A stretch of DNA of 64,000 nucleotides. Source: Setoptus koraiensis (lineage: Eukaryota > Animalia > Arthropoda). The position numbers were made by a program, and so were the translations under genes. The stretch is taken from contig CM106585.1 of NCBI GenBank assembly GCA_048013815.1, forward strand, positions 14,384,001 to 14,448,000. Direction: 5' to 3'. The notes beneath the pieces were generated by a model, which saw nothing but the letters and a program-made list of their open reading frames with translations, did no database searches and had not been told where the DNA came from. Shown here piece after piece: positions 48,162-61,800 of this stretch; position 1 is the stretch's first letter; each line of letters starts with the position of its first letter.

Positions 48162-51100
48162 CTTGAGTGTCCACGTCAAACGGCTGCGCTCGATTGTTGT
48201 CGCTGTTGCCGGCGATGTCAATGGGAGTTATGGTAACATCGTCTCCCGGATCCAAGCTGCCGATACAGTGCAAGTGAATGGAAAAGACGGGGTGAGCAGG
48301 GCTCACACAGGTGAGTTCGCAGTGAGGGGTTACAGGTTTCAGTGAGAGGTTGCAGTGAGAGGTTGCGGGTTTCGGCCATTGTCTGATTGACACTTGTGAC
48401 AGGCGTCTCGTGCGACAATTGCTGGCGTCGTCATTGATGGCGTCGTCATTGATGGCGTCGTCATTGTTGGCGACTCCGCGCGACAGCGACTTCAACAGTC
48501 GACTTTTTAACTTTAACAGTCTAGTTAAGTGGCTTGCTGAAGAACTTACCTTATCTTGGGTGGTTGCACAATGATGGCCGGCGCCGGCGGGGGCGGCGCC
48601 AATGGGGGCGGATATCGGCAGATAATTGTTTTGATTTCGTCCTCTTCTAGTTCGAGCGAACGATGGAATCTCACTATGACATTGTTCATGAAAACCCTCG
48701 GAGAGGCCTGTGCGTTGTGTGTCACGATGGGCCACAGACGGCGATACGACGCAAGAGATAATGCAAGGGATAATAGAAGAGATGATACAAGAGATAATAG
48801 AAGAGATAATGTGATTCGAGAGGTGAGACACGCATTCGAAAGGGAGAGTTTCGGTTGGTGATTGGTGTGAGTTGCGCAAAGTTTTGTGCAAAGTTCAATT
48901 GAATTCATTCGTCAAACTCAAAATTGAGAGTCAAATTCAACAAAACAAAATAATATTTTGAAAATATTCATTATTCACCATGTTCGCGCGCTCGAATGCG
49001 CGCGTTTGACTCACAACTTGTCAAACGGTTTGATACTCAAACTTTGAGTATCGCCGGGCGAGCTCGCGCGACGCTCAAATTAATTCAAGCCGATGACGTT
49101 ATGACATAACCGTTATAACGTGTGGCGTGTGTCAAAAGTTTATTGGACGACAAGCCGAATAATGGGCAGACATGGCATTTTTCATTATACAACTCATTTA
49201 TTTATTTTTTTTTCTTCTTCTTCTTCGCTGTGTGCCGCTGCTGCTGCTGCTGCGACAACGCAAACCACAACAAGCTTCTTGTTCTTTGTTGCGCAACCTC
49301 TTTCCTAGGTAACACCTCGCTCGAACAGATAAATTGTTTTCCTGGATAACAAAACAAACATTAGCAGCGCCATTGTGGATATATATGAATATGTACGAAG
49401 TGTGTGTATTTATGAAGTGTATTTATGCCAGCCACGCCAGCAGCCATGACACAAAGAGGGAAACAAAGAGTTAATAGAGTGCGCACTGCAAATGCAGTGT
49501 CTTCTTCTCTGTCCGACTCTGGCCAGCTCTGCCCAACTGTCTTGCCAGAGATTCTCTTGCCAGCCAGGGATTCTCTGGCAAGACAGTTAGCCTTTACTTT
49601 TGTACACAAAAATAAATTACATAGTCGCTCGGCGTGTTGCTGTTGGTGTTGGTAGTGATAAAATTATCCGACAGGCCGATATAAGCAGGCCGATATAAGC
49701 AGGCGACACGGCACCATACGGCACGGCGGCGGCGCATTATGCAATGGCAACACAATGGACACACAAGCGAACAACCACCGCCGCTTCATAAATAAAACCA
49801 GTGGCCAAATAAATAACGAGTGTCCGATCAACGAGCTGCCGCAAATGCCGTACATGCTAGACATGGTAATGTTTGCGAACATCGCCATGTTTGCAAACAT
49901 GGCAACGTTTGCGAACGTCGCAATGTCTGCGAACGTCGTTATGTTTGCGAACGTCGGCTCGAATTAGATCGCCGGCGAGATTTTTAAATTGCCATTGTGG
50001 CCGGCGACGCCGGCAATGCGCGACCAAGGTCCATTAGCGCAATTCGTTTAGCCTGTGCCGGTGCTGTTGGCGCATATTTATATATATGCGCATATATTTC
50101 ATATAAGTGTATATACAAATATAAATATATTCACAACAATGACAGTGAGAGTACAATCGTTGCTGTCGGACAGCAGCGCCAACAATGACACAACACACAT
50201 TACGTAATGTGCAGGAAGTGTCAGGCCGGACAAGGAGCGCTGTCCGGCGGCCGCATGTATTTGATTTGAACACACACGACACGACAGTTAATTGAGATTA
50301 TTTGGTTGGCAGAAATTTGATCTAATTTTAGATGGATGCGCCATTGTTGTGCAGCCTTCTACGACGAAATTGTCTCCTATTTTTTGCCACTTTTCCAATC
50401 TTTTCTGCCGGCCAATCTGCTGGCCAGCAGACACACTTGCTGATCGACCAATCTAGTTAATCGTCGTCCATCTGGCAGCCAAAAGTGAAGTGGCTAAAAG
50501 TCGCCAAATTTGAGCCGAATTAACTACACGCATACACAGAAAATAAATTTAATATCACACAACAATTGCAAATGTACTTGTTATTATGAGCAATTGTATC
50601 AATAGTGTCCGTGTACAGTTTTCGCAATACATTCGCATACAATTGCCGAGAGTATTTTTAGCTTGTTGAGTCGTGAATCTCGTTGGCGCTCCATTTGGCG
50701 CATTTCTATTCAATATTCATTATTATTATTATTACTATGTTATTATTATCATTTGGTGGTTGCGTTTAAAGAATCGCAAAGCAAGTGCACATAATAGAAC
50801 GTTGCATCACGACAGCAGCCTGGCAACTATCGCTAATATCAGTGATATTAGCGAGAATACTATGAGCACAGGCTCAATAGGGAATGCAGTGTACAGTGTG
50901 AGTTTGGCTCGACGCGTCGAATGAGTTCGAAGAGTTCTTTGTTGATATTAATTTTCAATTTTCTCCACTTGCGGCGAGCGAACGAGCGAATGCCGAAAAT
51001 TGTTGACGAGGCAAATGCCGAAAATTGTTGACGAGCCGCTCACCTTTTCATGGTCTCACTCGAATAGTTGCTGGCCGGCATCGGATGAGCGCATCCAGAG

Positions 51101-52314
51101 TGCCCACTGGCTGGACCAAATTTGGCAAGATGTGCGCTGTCAGCAAGAGCTAGCCGGACTCTCACATCGAGCGCTCGTCCGAAAGTTGCGCGTCGGAAAG
51201 CGCTGAAAGTTGCGAGTCGAAAAGCGCTGACAGAGTTGGAAAGTGCAAAAAGTTGTGTGCCGAGAAAGGCGGAAAGAGAGACTTCTCTTGCGGCCAGTAA
51301 CTCTATCCGACGTCCAGTGATTAGCGGCGATAACAGACGTATCAGTATAGCAATAGATGCATAAGTGTAATACGGGCTGCCCAATAGGCGAGCTGGTGAA
51401 ATTAAGTGGCCAGAAAGATAAAATGATCAAGTGAAGTGAATTGTGGCCACGCCAACTGCAACTGAGCCGCCGATTTAGTTGATTTTGGCCCCCAAACGAG
51501 ACCCAGCTACCTGTTGTTGTGTCGTTGAGCTACAGGAAGTGCGGATGTTGCCGGCTGCCGGCTAATTAGCTTGACTTAAGCGCGCCAGCCAATCGATTTT
51601 GCGCGAGTGTGGCCGCGTCTCACCTGGCCAGTTGTGGAGAGAAAAAAATGTGTGTTCGTCCCGCCGAATGCATATGCGTTGGGCCGGCCGAATGCGAGAA
51701 GCGGCCCAAGCAACGAGTCGAGCTTGGCGAAAAATAGCCAACTGAAAACTGAGTCAACTGACGGCCAACTGACAAGTCGATACTGACAAATTGCGATACA
51801 GGTTGTCTGACATTGTGAGAGGCTTCTAAAACGGCTATAATGTGTGTGTGTGTGTAATATGATGGCCATAATTGATCAATTCGAGCACAACACACTCATA
51901 TCAACGCGCCTGTCCAATTCACCTGTTGAGCCACTCACTTCACTCAAAAGCTGGCAAAATTTGGCAAGCGAGCGAGCGAGCGACTAACATGGGCACAGCA
52001 GCGCATGCAATCAACACCATGTCACAGGTTGCATGTGCGCGTATATAAATATATATAATACTAATGTTCAGATAATACGTAATAATAGCGCCACAATAAT
52101 AATAATAATAATAATCGCGCTGTAATCGCGCCACCACGACGATTGTTCGACAGGTGATACGACAATGATCCGTGGTGGTTTGGATGCGGCGAATGCCGAA
52201 TGGCGAGGACGCTGCTTCGCTGCGATTGTTGTGCGCGGAAATGCAACAACAACAAACAAGCTGCGATTGTGTTTGCCGTCCAACAGCAACACCAGCAACA
52301 CCAGCAACAACAAC

Positions 52315-52347
<33 letters not shown>

Positions 52348-55306
52348 GACAACAACAACAACGACGACAACAACAACAACGGCAACACCAACAAGTGGTT
52401 GTTGTTGCTTCGTTGCGGATAACTCGATAATGATTATGTAACAACAACAACAATATGCCGGCTGGCCAAATCAATCGTGATTGGTGCACCGTTAACGGGG
52501 CCACCATTCTTGCAGTGAGTGTTGGTTGTTGGACTGCAACAGTTGGAGTGCTGGCGACCGGCAAGACTCTCTGTTCTCGATCTCTGTTCTCTCAATCTGC
52601 CAGAGCGAGCATTCGGATTTGGCCGGATTAAACTTGTGCGAGCGAGCAGTGTCTCTGCGGCCATTGTTGGCAGCTGATGATGGGCGCCAATCAACACCAA
52701 ACTATGCCCCTAATGACCATCGTGTCCGTGCCATTGATACGGGCCCTCGATGAGCCGGCTCAGCCGGCCAGAAAATACGCAATTTATAAAAACACAAGCT
52801 GGCATCGTTGTCGAGACAATGAAAACACAGACAGACAGGGCAATGTTGTCGCAATGCCGGCCGCATTTGTCTATACCGGTATTATGGCGCCATTAGTATC
52901 GCTCTAGTATAGCTGTTAGTGTTGCATTGTCGTAGTGTTGTCAGCGTAATGGCAACAATTAACCGTCTAGTTGCTCGTAATTATTACGTAATACATATTA
53001 CGCACCGCGTAATATGTATTACGTAATAATAACGAGTAATAATTCGGTTGCCCAAGCCACACACAATTAATTCTTGCGACTGGCCAGCCTGTACACAGGT
53101 GAGGGCAGCTTCCAAATTGCTGCTGCAACAACAAAGCGCCGTTTGCTGCGAGCGTCATCGTTAATAACGTTGATAGCGTGAGGATAACATGATAACATGA
53201 TAAAATGGTAACATGGCACGGCGACGGCATTATAACGGCGGCTAGCAACTTGCTAGTAGCAAGTGATGAAAACGATGATGCAAACACAACGCCAATAGAC
53301 GGCCGATCGATTAGCTTGCCGTCAGCGCGAAACGACGACCAGCCACTGGATGGCCGGTTGGCCAATGGATGGGCAGTTTGTTCGGATCGGTTGTGTGCCG
53401 GCCGGACAGGCTTGTCGCTCGGCTTGTCGGTGGCCACTCGCTGACAAGCCGAGAACTGGCCAGTTGGGCCGAATGGGCCAATTTGCATTCGCAATCATGA
53501 TTGGTATCAATCATGATTAATTTAATTTATTGCCGATTTGCCTGCTCAATTGATCATCGACTTGATGACATCAAGCGGCGCTCGCTCGTCGGCACCGCGG
53601 CCCGGCCCGTTGGCCGGCCGCGCCGGACCACACGCCCGGCGAGCTCTGGCCCGTTCGCGGCCGGCCAACGGGCCGGGCCCGAACGGCGGCGCAACAGGCG
53701 CCCGGCCGAACAGAGCGGAGAATCGCGCGAACGAATCAATTGAGTTGTCGTCGGCGACTAATTGCAACAAGCTGATCTCATTAGTTTGCTCATTGGTCAG
53801 TGGTCATTGGTGGCCGGCTGGCCGCGACCGCCACCAACAATCAAACGGCGATTATCAGCACACTGTTTGTTTGCAACGTTAACGTGGCCAATTGAGCCGT
53901 GGCTCCGTTTGCGATTTGAATAAATCATACAATCGCACAATAACTGTACATTGTTGAGCTAATTTGCATTGCTCGGCTCGGCTCGGCTCGGCCGGTTGGC
54001 TCTCGCCGGAGGCCAGCCAATGGCGAGCTAATCGCTGCTCTTGGCCATTATGTTGGGTCATTATGTCGAGCTGCGATGTTTGCCTTAGATGTAAATTGAA
54101 TTTATCGTTTGTTTAGGTGTGTTTGTTTGTGTGTGTGTGTGTGTGTGAGTGTCATTGTGGCGCTTGTCATCGCCTAAGCGACCAAATAAAATTTGATCAG
54201 ATATCAATGTATCAGTGCACAGTATTTATGTGCATGAGAGGGCCATGCGAAAAGTAAGTGCTGTGATTGATCGCTGGCCGTTATCGTTGCGATCGCCGGC
54301 GATAGGGGCACCGATTTGATATTCATACACATTCATACAATGTTGTGTTTAGCGCATTAGGCGAGCTCGTTGTTCAAGTTGGTTAATGCGATCACAACGG
54401 CAAATAAAGGCCGAATTGAAACAGTTGGCGTCGGATTAAAATCCACTAAAATCGCTCACTAATGCGAACAGTCATTTGCATGGCAGCGGATTAAGCGGCG
54501 GCCCGCCACTGGGCGAGTCTCGCTCAACGCTAATCAAAAGTGACAAAAGCCAAACAAACACTGGTCAACTTTGGCGAGCTCGCTCGATTGTGCCGCTTGT
54601 GCCGATTGTGCCGCTTGCGCGAACGCCTTTTCAGCCCGAACTGACCAGCGCAAATAAATAACGGATAAATAAATAACGGATTTGGCGCGCTTGCGACATT
54701 GCGCAACGACATTATTATTACGAAATAACGTTATGAAATTGCATTGAATGAATCGCACCACTATTACATAGTTGCGCATGATGTATCGGGACTCACCTGT
54801 CGGGTGCCGCATCCCTTCAGGGGCAGATGGATCTCGTAGTAGCGCTGGCCGTCGCCGTAGAACCGGCACGCCGATTGGCGATTATAATCCGGATAGGTTA
54901 TGCCTCTGTAGGGCTCAGAGAAATTCAATTTCAGTATAATCTCGCCAGTATCACACGTTAATTGCGCTACGGTAATGCGTTTAGTGGGGGCGGGCGCCGA
55001 TTGGGGGGTCGTTTGGTCGTCGCCGTAATCGTGCAACGTTTGCCCGAGATTAGCGTACGTTGTTGAGATTTGGCCGAGATTCGGTTGTTGTTGTTGTTGT
55101 TGTTGGCGTTGCAAGGCGGCGATGGGCACCGGTTGGTAGTTGTCGTCGCGGTGGTTGTCGTCGTCGAAAAAGTGAGCGCTCGTCGAGTTGATCGAGTTCA
55201 GGTATTCAGGGTTACGGTTGGCCGTGGCGGGCATTTTTTGGAACACATAGTCGTAGTCGAGAAAGGTAGGCACCCGTAACGGAACGTTTGTGTTTTCGTT
55301 GGGCAT
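45412..55306 (-). CDS. ZP-N domain single-pass membrane protein with a long low-complexity cytoplasmic tail (5' end uncertain)
   Basis: Exons: 54797 up to at least 54966 (frame open to 55495; ATG at 55306), 48550-48707 and 45412-48256. Introns 48708-54796 (phase 0) and 48257-48549 (phase 2) are GT-AG and in frame. The spliced domain LTCDTGEIILKLNFSEPYRGI..SACRFYGDG..LPLKGCGTRQ|ASPRVFMNNVIVRFH..IICRYP has the 4-Cys ZP-N pattern. TM ELIFILSSILFLSLLILALASGWYC at about 47843-47914. Ends SVSYV*. Confidence 0.85.
49862..49956. repeat. 18-bp tandem repeat with palindromic core (ATGTTTGC(G/A)AAC..) x5
   Basis: Includes the perfect palindrome ATGTTTGCAAACAT. Lies in the 6.1-kb intron. Confidence 0.8.
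52290..52390. repeat. (AAC)n-rich microsatellite
   Basis: Read directly. It is the source of the poly-N/Q/T/L/C ORFs in all six frames. Confidence 0.9.
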
Positions 55307-55734
55307 CACATTAATTGTGGGAACGTTTTCGCAGTTGTCGCCGCCGCTCGCATAATATCCAGCCGTCGTCGTTCGGTTTCGTTGGTTTCGTTGGTGACGT
55401 TTGTTTCGTTGGTTTCGTTTGTTTCGTTGGTTTCGTTTGTTCAGTCGGTCGGTCGGTTGGTCGGTCGGTTGGTGGGGATGATTCGGCCGGCGGGTTCAGG
55501 GGAAAGCGTTCGTATTTTTGTTGCGTTGTCGGATTTTAATTTAGATTAGAGCGCAGTGATAAACAAATGAGAACGTCAGTCAGTTTGTAATGGTAATTGT
55601 AATTATGCGTCGTATCAGGCCCGACAAGTGAGCGGCGCTGATTAGTATGAATTTAAGTGTAATGCATAAACAAGCCACAACAGTTGCCTTGCCGTCCAGT
55701 TGCTGGCGTCACATCGGCAGCGATATTTTTGTAT

Positions 55735-55837
55735 TTTTGCATTCTCGCATTCTCGCATTTTCGCATTTTCGCATTCTCGCATTCTCGCATTCTCGCATTT
55801 TCGCATTTTTGCATTTTCGCATTTTTGCATTTTTGCA
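55735..55837. repeat. Degenerate 8-9-bp repeat T(T/C)TCGCATT / TTTTTGCAT
   Basis: About eleven related units in tandem. Confidence 0.8.
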
Positions 55838-58800
55838 TCTTTGTGTCTTTGTGTCTTTGTAGTATCAACGGACAGTTCAAGTGCTCGGTTTATCGCCACA
55901 GATTAAACAGAAATGCCAGTGTGTCAGCGAGAGATTTAGCTTAGAAGTTGGATTATTTGTTTTAACATTGAACACACTGCATCAGCGACATTGTATCAAC
56001 GACAGGTGTATCACCCGTTGTTGATACACAACATTAATATAATGTAACATTAATATCAACAACATAACATAATATGTAACTGTACCGGCCAAACAAGTGT
56101 CTGAGTGGCCAAGCGTGCAAGCCCGACGAGAGAGAGGCCGGCCTAAAAATAGCTGTCAGATAAACATTGAAAGTGATGCCGGACAGCATCAGCCTGTTGG
56201 CCGGACAGCATCAGCCTGTTGGCCGGACAGCATCAACCTGTTGACCGGCCAACCGGCCGGCACGAGCTTAGCCAACCGTTCAGATGTGTCTGTTTGGATG
56301 TGTCTGTCTGGATCGGTTTGTTTACGTCTGTTTGTTTGCGTCTGTTTGCTGGCCGAATTAGCTGGCCCAATGTTTGTATTCAACTGATACAACGGTGTCA
56401 AGAGAAAGATGATTGATAGTAAAAATAAAGTGACCAATTCGGTGTTACGCAAAGGTGACAGCACAGCGACAAGTGTTTAGTTTTGCAGTTTTGTATTTGT
56501 TGTAGTTTATTTTATTACGTTTTGTGCGAAACAACTTTTTCGCTACTACGGCCAAATCGCCCTTAGTGAGCGTATTGTCCAGTGCCATTGTGATGATTGT
56601 GACTACAACGAACAGTGTTTATCCGCACCAACTGCTCAAAATAGATGCAAGCGGCCGGAGAAAGTCCACCTGTCGACTGCAGTTGTCGTACGAGCACACT
56701 TGATAGATCACATTTAGTCACATTCAGTCACACTCACTCTCATTTACTCTCATTTAGTCGCATTTAGTCACATTTGGTAGACTGCACTTGATATCAGATC
56801 AAGTTGATAAGTGGCTATGAATAAACGGACAACTAAACACACAAAAGCTACAGTTACAATTTGTTTCGCTCGACACTGTCAAATATTCAAATATCAAATG
56901 CATTTGAGCGCCTCAATTGCAAGAACAATGCATGCCATCGTAATACATGATGCTGATACCACCATGATAATACATGCTAATGCTACGATAATAGTGATAA
57001 TAATGAAACGACCATTGCATTGTGACGGTGCGACAAACATTGAAATATAGTATTCAGTTTTCTGTTACGTAACATCGCGTAACAACCATTAGCGTTAGTC
57101 TCGGGCATCCCGGTTTCAGTTGCACAACTTGTTGATGTTACCCAATGTTTGCATAACTTGTTGGTGTTACCTAATGTTTGCATGTTGATACTCACTCAGA
57201 CTGTGAGTGTCAGAGTCAGCGACAACCAACTAACAACTTAATAACAAACCAACTAATAATAACAAACCAACTAACTAACTAAATAGCTGCTCACAGTCAG
57301 CTGACAAAGTCCACTCGAAACGAACTGATAAGCGAAATGGCGTCTCGGATGAGACATGCAGCGATGATGAACAATTAGAAACAAATAAATCATTTATTCA
57401 AACAGCAACCATTAACCATTATAACGTTATGTAACACTAACAACCTGTTGCGTGCTCGCAGTTGCCACGCAACAGGCTGCGTCTTGTCAAAGTGTCTTGC
57501 CAAAGGTGGTTGTTGTAACAATTAATTGTCGTTTGTTTTACGCAACAGCAAACTTATGATAATGTCTGACCGTTCGAATATATGAATGTATGAATGTATG
57601 AATGTATGAATGTATGAATGTATGAATTCATGAATTCATGAATTTATGAATGCTTGAATGTCCGAATGAGCCAGCACAACAGAGATAAAACGGACGGCAT
57701 AAATCAGGCACGGGACACGATCAATTGACAGCGTCAGCAGCGCCAGCAATACCAATATTTGAAAGTTATTTGATTACAATTTGAATAGTTTGCTGGCTTG
57801 CCGCTCAACCTGTCACCATTATCGTGCTTGCCGGTATTACATATTTATAACTGTCGGCAAGACAACTGATGAGCCCGTCATTGGGGGCAACGACGAGATC
57901 CCGACGATATCCCAACGATATCGCATAGATATCGGTCGGCCTGTCGGTTGTTGTAAAATATGATTGATACAAAAGTCAACTGGCCACTGATTTATGGTCA
58001 AGTGGCCATTGTAGCGTGTGCTGTCTGCACGCACTCGCCCAAGCTGTGGCCCGTTACGACGATACACGACAACAACATTACATAACCATGTTATGTAATG
58101 TAATGTAATGTAATGTTATGTAATGTTATGTAATGTTATGTCGCATGTTAACAAGCAGGCGGATGCGCGCAGAGCAAGGCAAACGTTTCTTTAGCATGAG
58201 ATGAATGATTCGCCAATGGCACGCTCGCTGGAGGCACCGAGCAAAGTGTTGCCAGTGTTGCCCGATTGCCAGTGGTCTCGTTTACGATAATTGATCGCTT
58301 CCACCTGACGCAACAAACTGACATTTGTTCACCACTGGCTGGCATTACGCAACAACAGCGGCAACAACAGCGACAACAACAGCAACAACAACAACAACAA
58401 CAACATTACACAACAGTGTACAACATCAAACAAGTTGCGCAACAACAACGGACTACGGCAAACAGTTACAAGTTGCAGGTTGCATAGTGACGGCCAGTGA
58501 GAAAGGGAGAGTAATTAATGAATGGAAGATGGCCGACGACTTCCGATGGATCGATTCGATTGATCGATGGACCATCTTGGTCGTATCAGTTAATGGGCAC
58601 ATTAACTGTGTGCCTTTGCGGACAGCGAGCCCTGGCTGGCTTCTCTGGGCGGCCTCTTGCTTCGGTGGCTTCTTCTTTTGGCTGGCGAAGAAGCAGCCAA
58701 AAGAAGAGGCCACCGAACGACGCCAGCGCAAGCAGAAGCCACCGAACGACGCCAGCGCAAAGAGAAGCCACCGAAGAGAAGGAGAAGCCGGCGAAAGGAA

Positions 58801-61800
58801 GGAGAAGCCGCCAGAAGAAGAAGCGTTCGACCGATAACATCAATAAACTTGTGCCACTCGCAGCGGTTCGCAGCCATTAGCGGCCATTTGCTGGCACTTG
58901 TTGCCATTTGGTCAGCGAGACAACGCACACACGCTGACCGGTGGTGCACTTTTCGGCCTGGCAACTCTTTTTTCTCCTTCTCTCATTTTCTCATTTTCTC
59001 ATTTTATCCCTCTCTCATTTTCTCGTTTTCTCATTTTATCCCTCTCTCATTTTCTCGTTTTCTCCTTCTCTCGTTTTCTCATTTTTCTAATTCCTCCGAT
59101 TCTCGCAATTCGTCCAATTGTTGCCATTCTTCTCGATTCTCCTCTCGATTCTCTCCTCGGCCTGCTCGTTCTCTGTTGCTCTCTCCATCGGCGAGCTATC
59201 GTCGGGCTCTCGTCGGGCTCTCGCCGGCTCGTTGCCTCGCTGCTCAGTTTCTCGTTTTTATTTTATTTTATTTTCTGCCGAGCGGGCGAGAGTGCGAGCC
59301 TGAGAATAATGAGTCATATTTATATCTATCGCACGCTCGCTCGCTCCGCGAATCGACAATCTCAGTCCGACTCAATCAACTGATCGCTGGATGTGGCTTG
59401 TTAACGAGACTCGATTAGAGGATAAATTCACTTCTCGCTGGCCCGTTCGTCTGCCGTTCGTCAGTTGTGTGTCAGTTGTGTGTCTGTTGTGTGTCTGTTG
59501 TGTGTCCGGCCCAATCGGGCAACGCTCAATGACACAACAACAACGACAGCAACAACAACAACAGCAACAACAACGAGCGGCCATTCCCATGATTTATCTC
59601 ATGTCTGTCGTCTGGCAAAATGCCGTTGAGTAAACAGGCCGATGAGCGAGTTTGATGCTCGTTTGATGTTTGTCTGATGCTTGTTTGATGTCCGATGAGA
59701 ACATTACACTTGTTGCGTGGACACACTACCACCGGTTCGTGTGTCCGCGCAACAACCGCGCAACAACCACATCCAGGTATAATTGACTTTTTCAGCGCAC
59801 CACCGGCCACTGTTGCGTCTGTGCGTATGTTATGTAACAGCTTGCAACGGCGAACGATGGCATGAGATATAGAGCAGACAACAGCGGCGACGACGACGAG
59901 GCAAACAAACAAACAATGCTATGCAAATTATCGGCCGTCTCTCGCCGGTCGCATCGCTGTCATTATGGCCGCCGTTGGCCGTTGGCCGGCCAACTGGTCG
60001 CCGGCAACGATGATCCGGCAACGACGATACCCGGCAGCAGCAGCAGCAGCGCCGAGCGGCAGCAGAGTGCGCCGAAAATGATATAATATCTCATGAGATC
60101 GGACAGACCTCGTCGCTCTTCTGCGGGCTTCTTTTTCCATTATTCTCGCTTGCGAATCGCCCAGCGATAACGATCTCTCCGGCTCGCACTGGCCGCCAGT
60201 TGTGCTTGCCAGTGTTGCGCCGGCGGTGTTGCGCCGGCAGTGTTACGCGAATATTATATTTATGAATATAATATCCATCATATTACGTCCATTGTGAGCG
60301 CTGACCGACTGACACCGCTCCAAATTGACTTCTGACTCGCAACGGACGCGACAAGCTGTCGATTGGGCCAACGACGAAGCCACTGGGACACAGCAACAAC
60401 AATTTGTCAGTTTGTCCGTTTGTCAGTTTGTCAGTTTAATTTAACGATGCTACCATGCACAACGAACGGCCACTTGCCACCGGTTGCGCCGGCTGCCAAA
60501 ACTGGTTGTTATTTATGGGAATAATGGCCAGAAATGTTTGCCGGCGCTCCCATTTTCACACACACACACACACACTCACTGCATTGGAGTGACTCTAATT
60601 GATTGGCTCGCATGATTCATAAGTTATGAGTCATCTTCGCAAATGAATGATTTGAGCCGGCAGTAATTGATTGAGCGCCAGTATTAATTACGCAACCGGC
60701 GATAACATCACTAACAGCAGCATCAACAGCGACAGCAACAGGTGACCGGACAAACAGGCAAAGCAAATTGCGATTGCGCAACAGGCGCGTATCGCATCCC
60801 ATTCACCAGGCATCGGGTATGTCGGGCACGGGCGACCAAGGGGGCAGCGTGGGCGGTAGCGGCCATTTGGCGCGTTTAGGAGACCACACACAATTGCGAT
60901 CGGCGCTCTCTCTCGAATTCGAACTCTAATTTGAATTCGAAGCCTTCGAATCGAAGGCGCCCGCTCGGACGCGCCGGCTCGAGCTCGAATGCGAGTGGCG
61001 CCGTCGGACAGTGGTCGGGACTGCCGACTCAGGACTCGCTGGAGCGCGGGCGGCCGCGTTGTCGGGCGTCGCGCACGGGACGCGGCCCAGCCGTCGGCCG
61101 GCTGGTCTCGACGCCCGATCACGCCAGCCGCAACTGCCGCTCTCCGCGCTCGTTGTGCCGCTATCCGTGCCGCTCGGTGCGCCGATCCGAGGCTCAGGCG
61201 ATGGGCCGAGCCGAGACTCAGGCGATCGGCGCTGATTGGCGTGATTGTGGTCGCAATCAATTAAGGGCCAGACACAAACAAACAGAGCAGAAATAAATCA
61301 GTTGAGATATAGATCGTATGCCCGCCAATCACGCATAGCTCGTGTGCAAATGTGTGTGGCCGCCCATTGGAAATAATAATAATTATTGTTGTTTGCGATG
61401 GCTGCTCGGCCGAAAAACAAATGCAATTGGCCAATCCGATTGCCAGTTCATGACGGCACAATTAATGGTCGCCGTAACGAGCCGCTGCGGCTCGCCGCAT
61501 CGTGCCGCCGCTCGGCCACTCGGTGATTCGGCTATGCGGCGACTCGGCCCACGAGCGGCCGGCGCAATCGGCCGAGACGACGACTGATCTTGATTGACTC
61601 TCGATTGGAGAGTCTCGAAAATGATGATCAAAAGCGATGGCTGATCAGACACGGCAGCCACATGCAAACAAACGGATAATGAGCCCGATTTAGCCCGAAT
61701 TACTTAGCGTGCCCAAGTTGGGATGCCCAATTTGGGAGCGAGCGGCAGCCCGTGGCTTATGCTGGCCGCTCGGGCGACAGCGGCAGCGAAAGAGTTCACT

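Noticed and set aside
48257-48891. First 212 codons of the 1159-aa ORF
   Set aside because: They correspond to the 293-bp intron, the 158-nt exon read in the wrong frame, and upstream intron. The ZP-N peptide is in the 48546-48908 frame.
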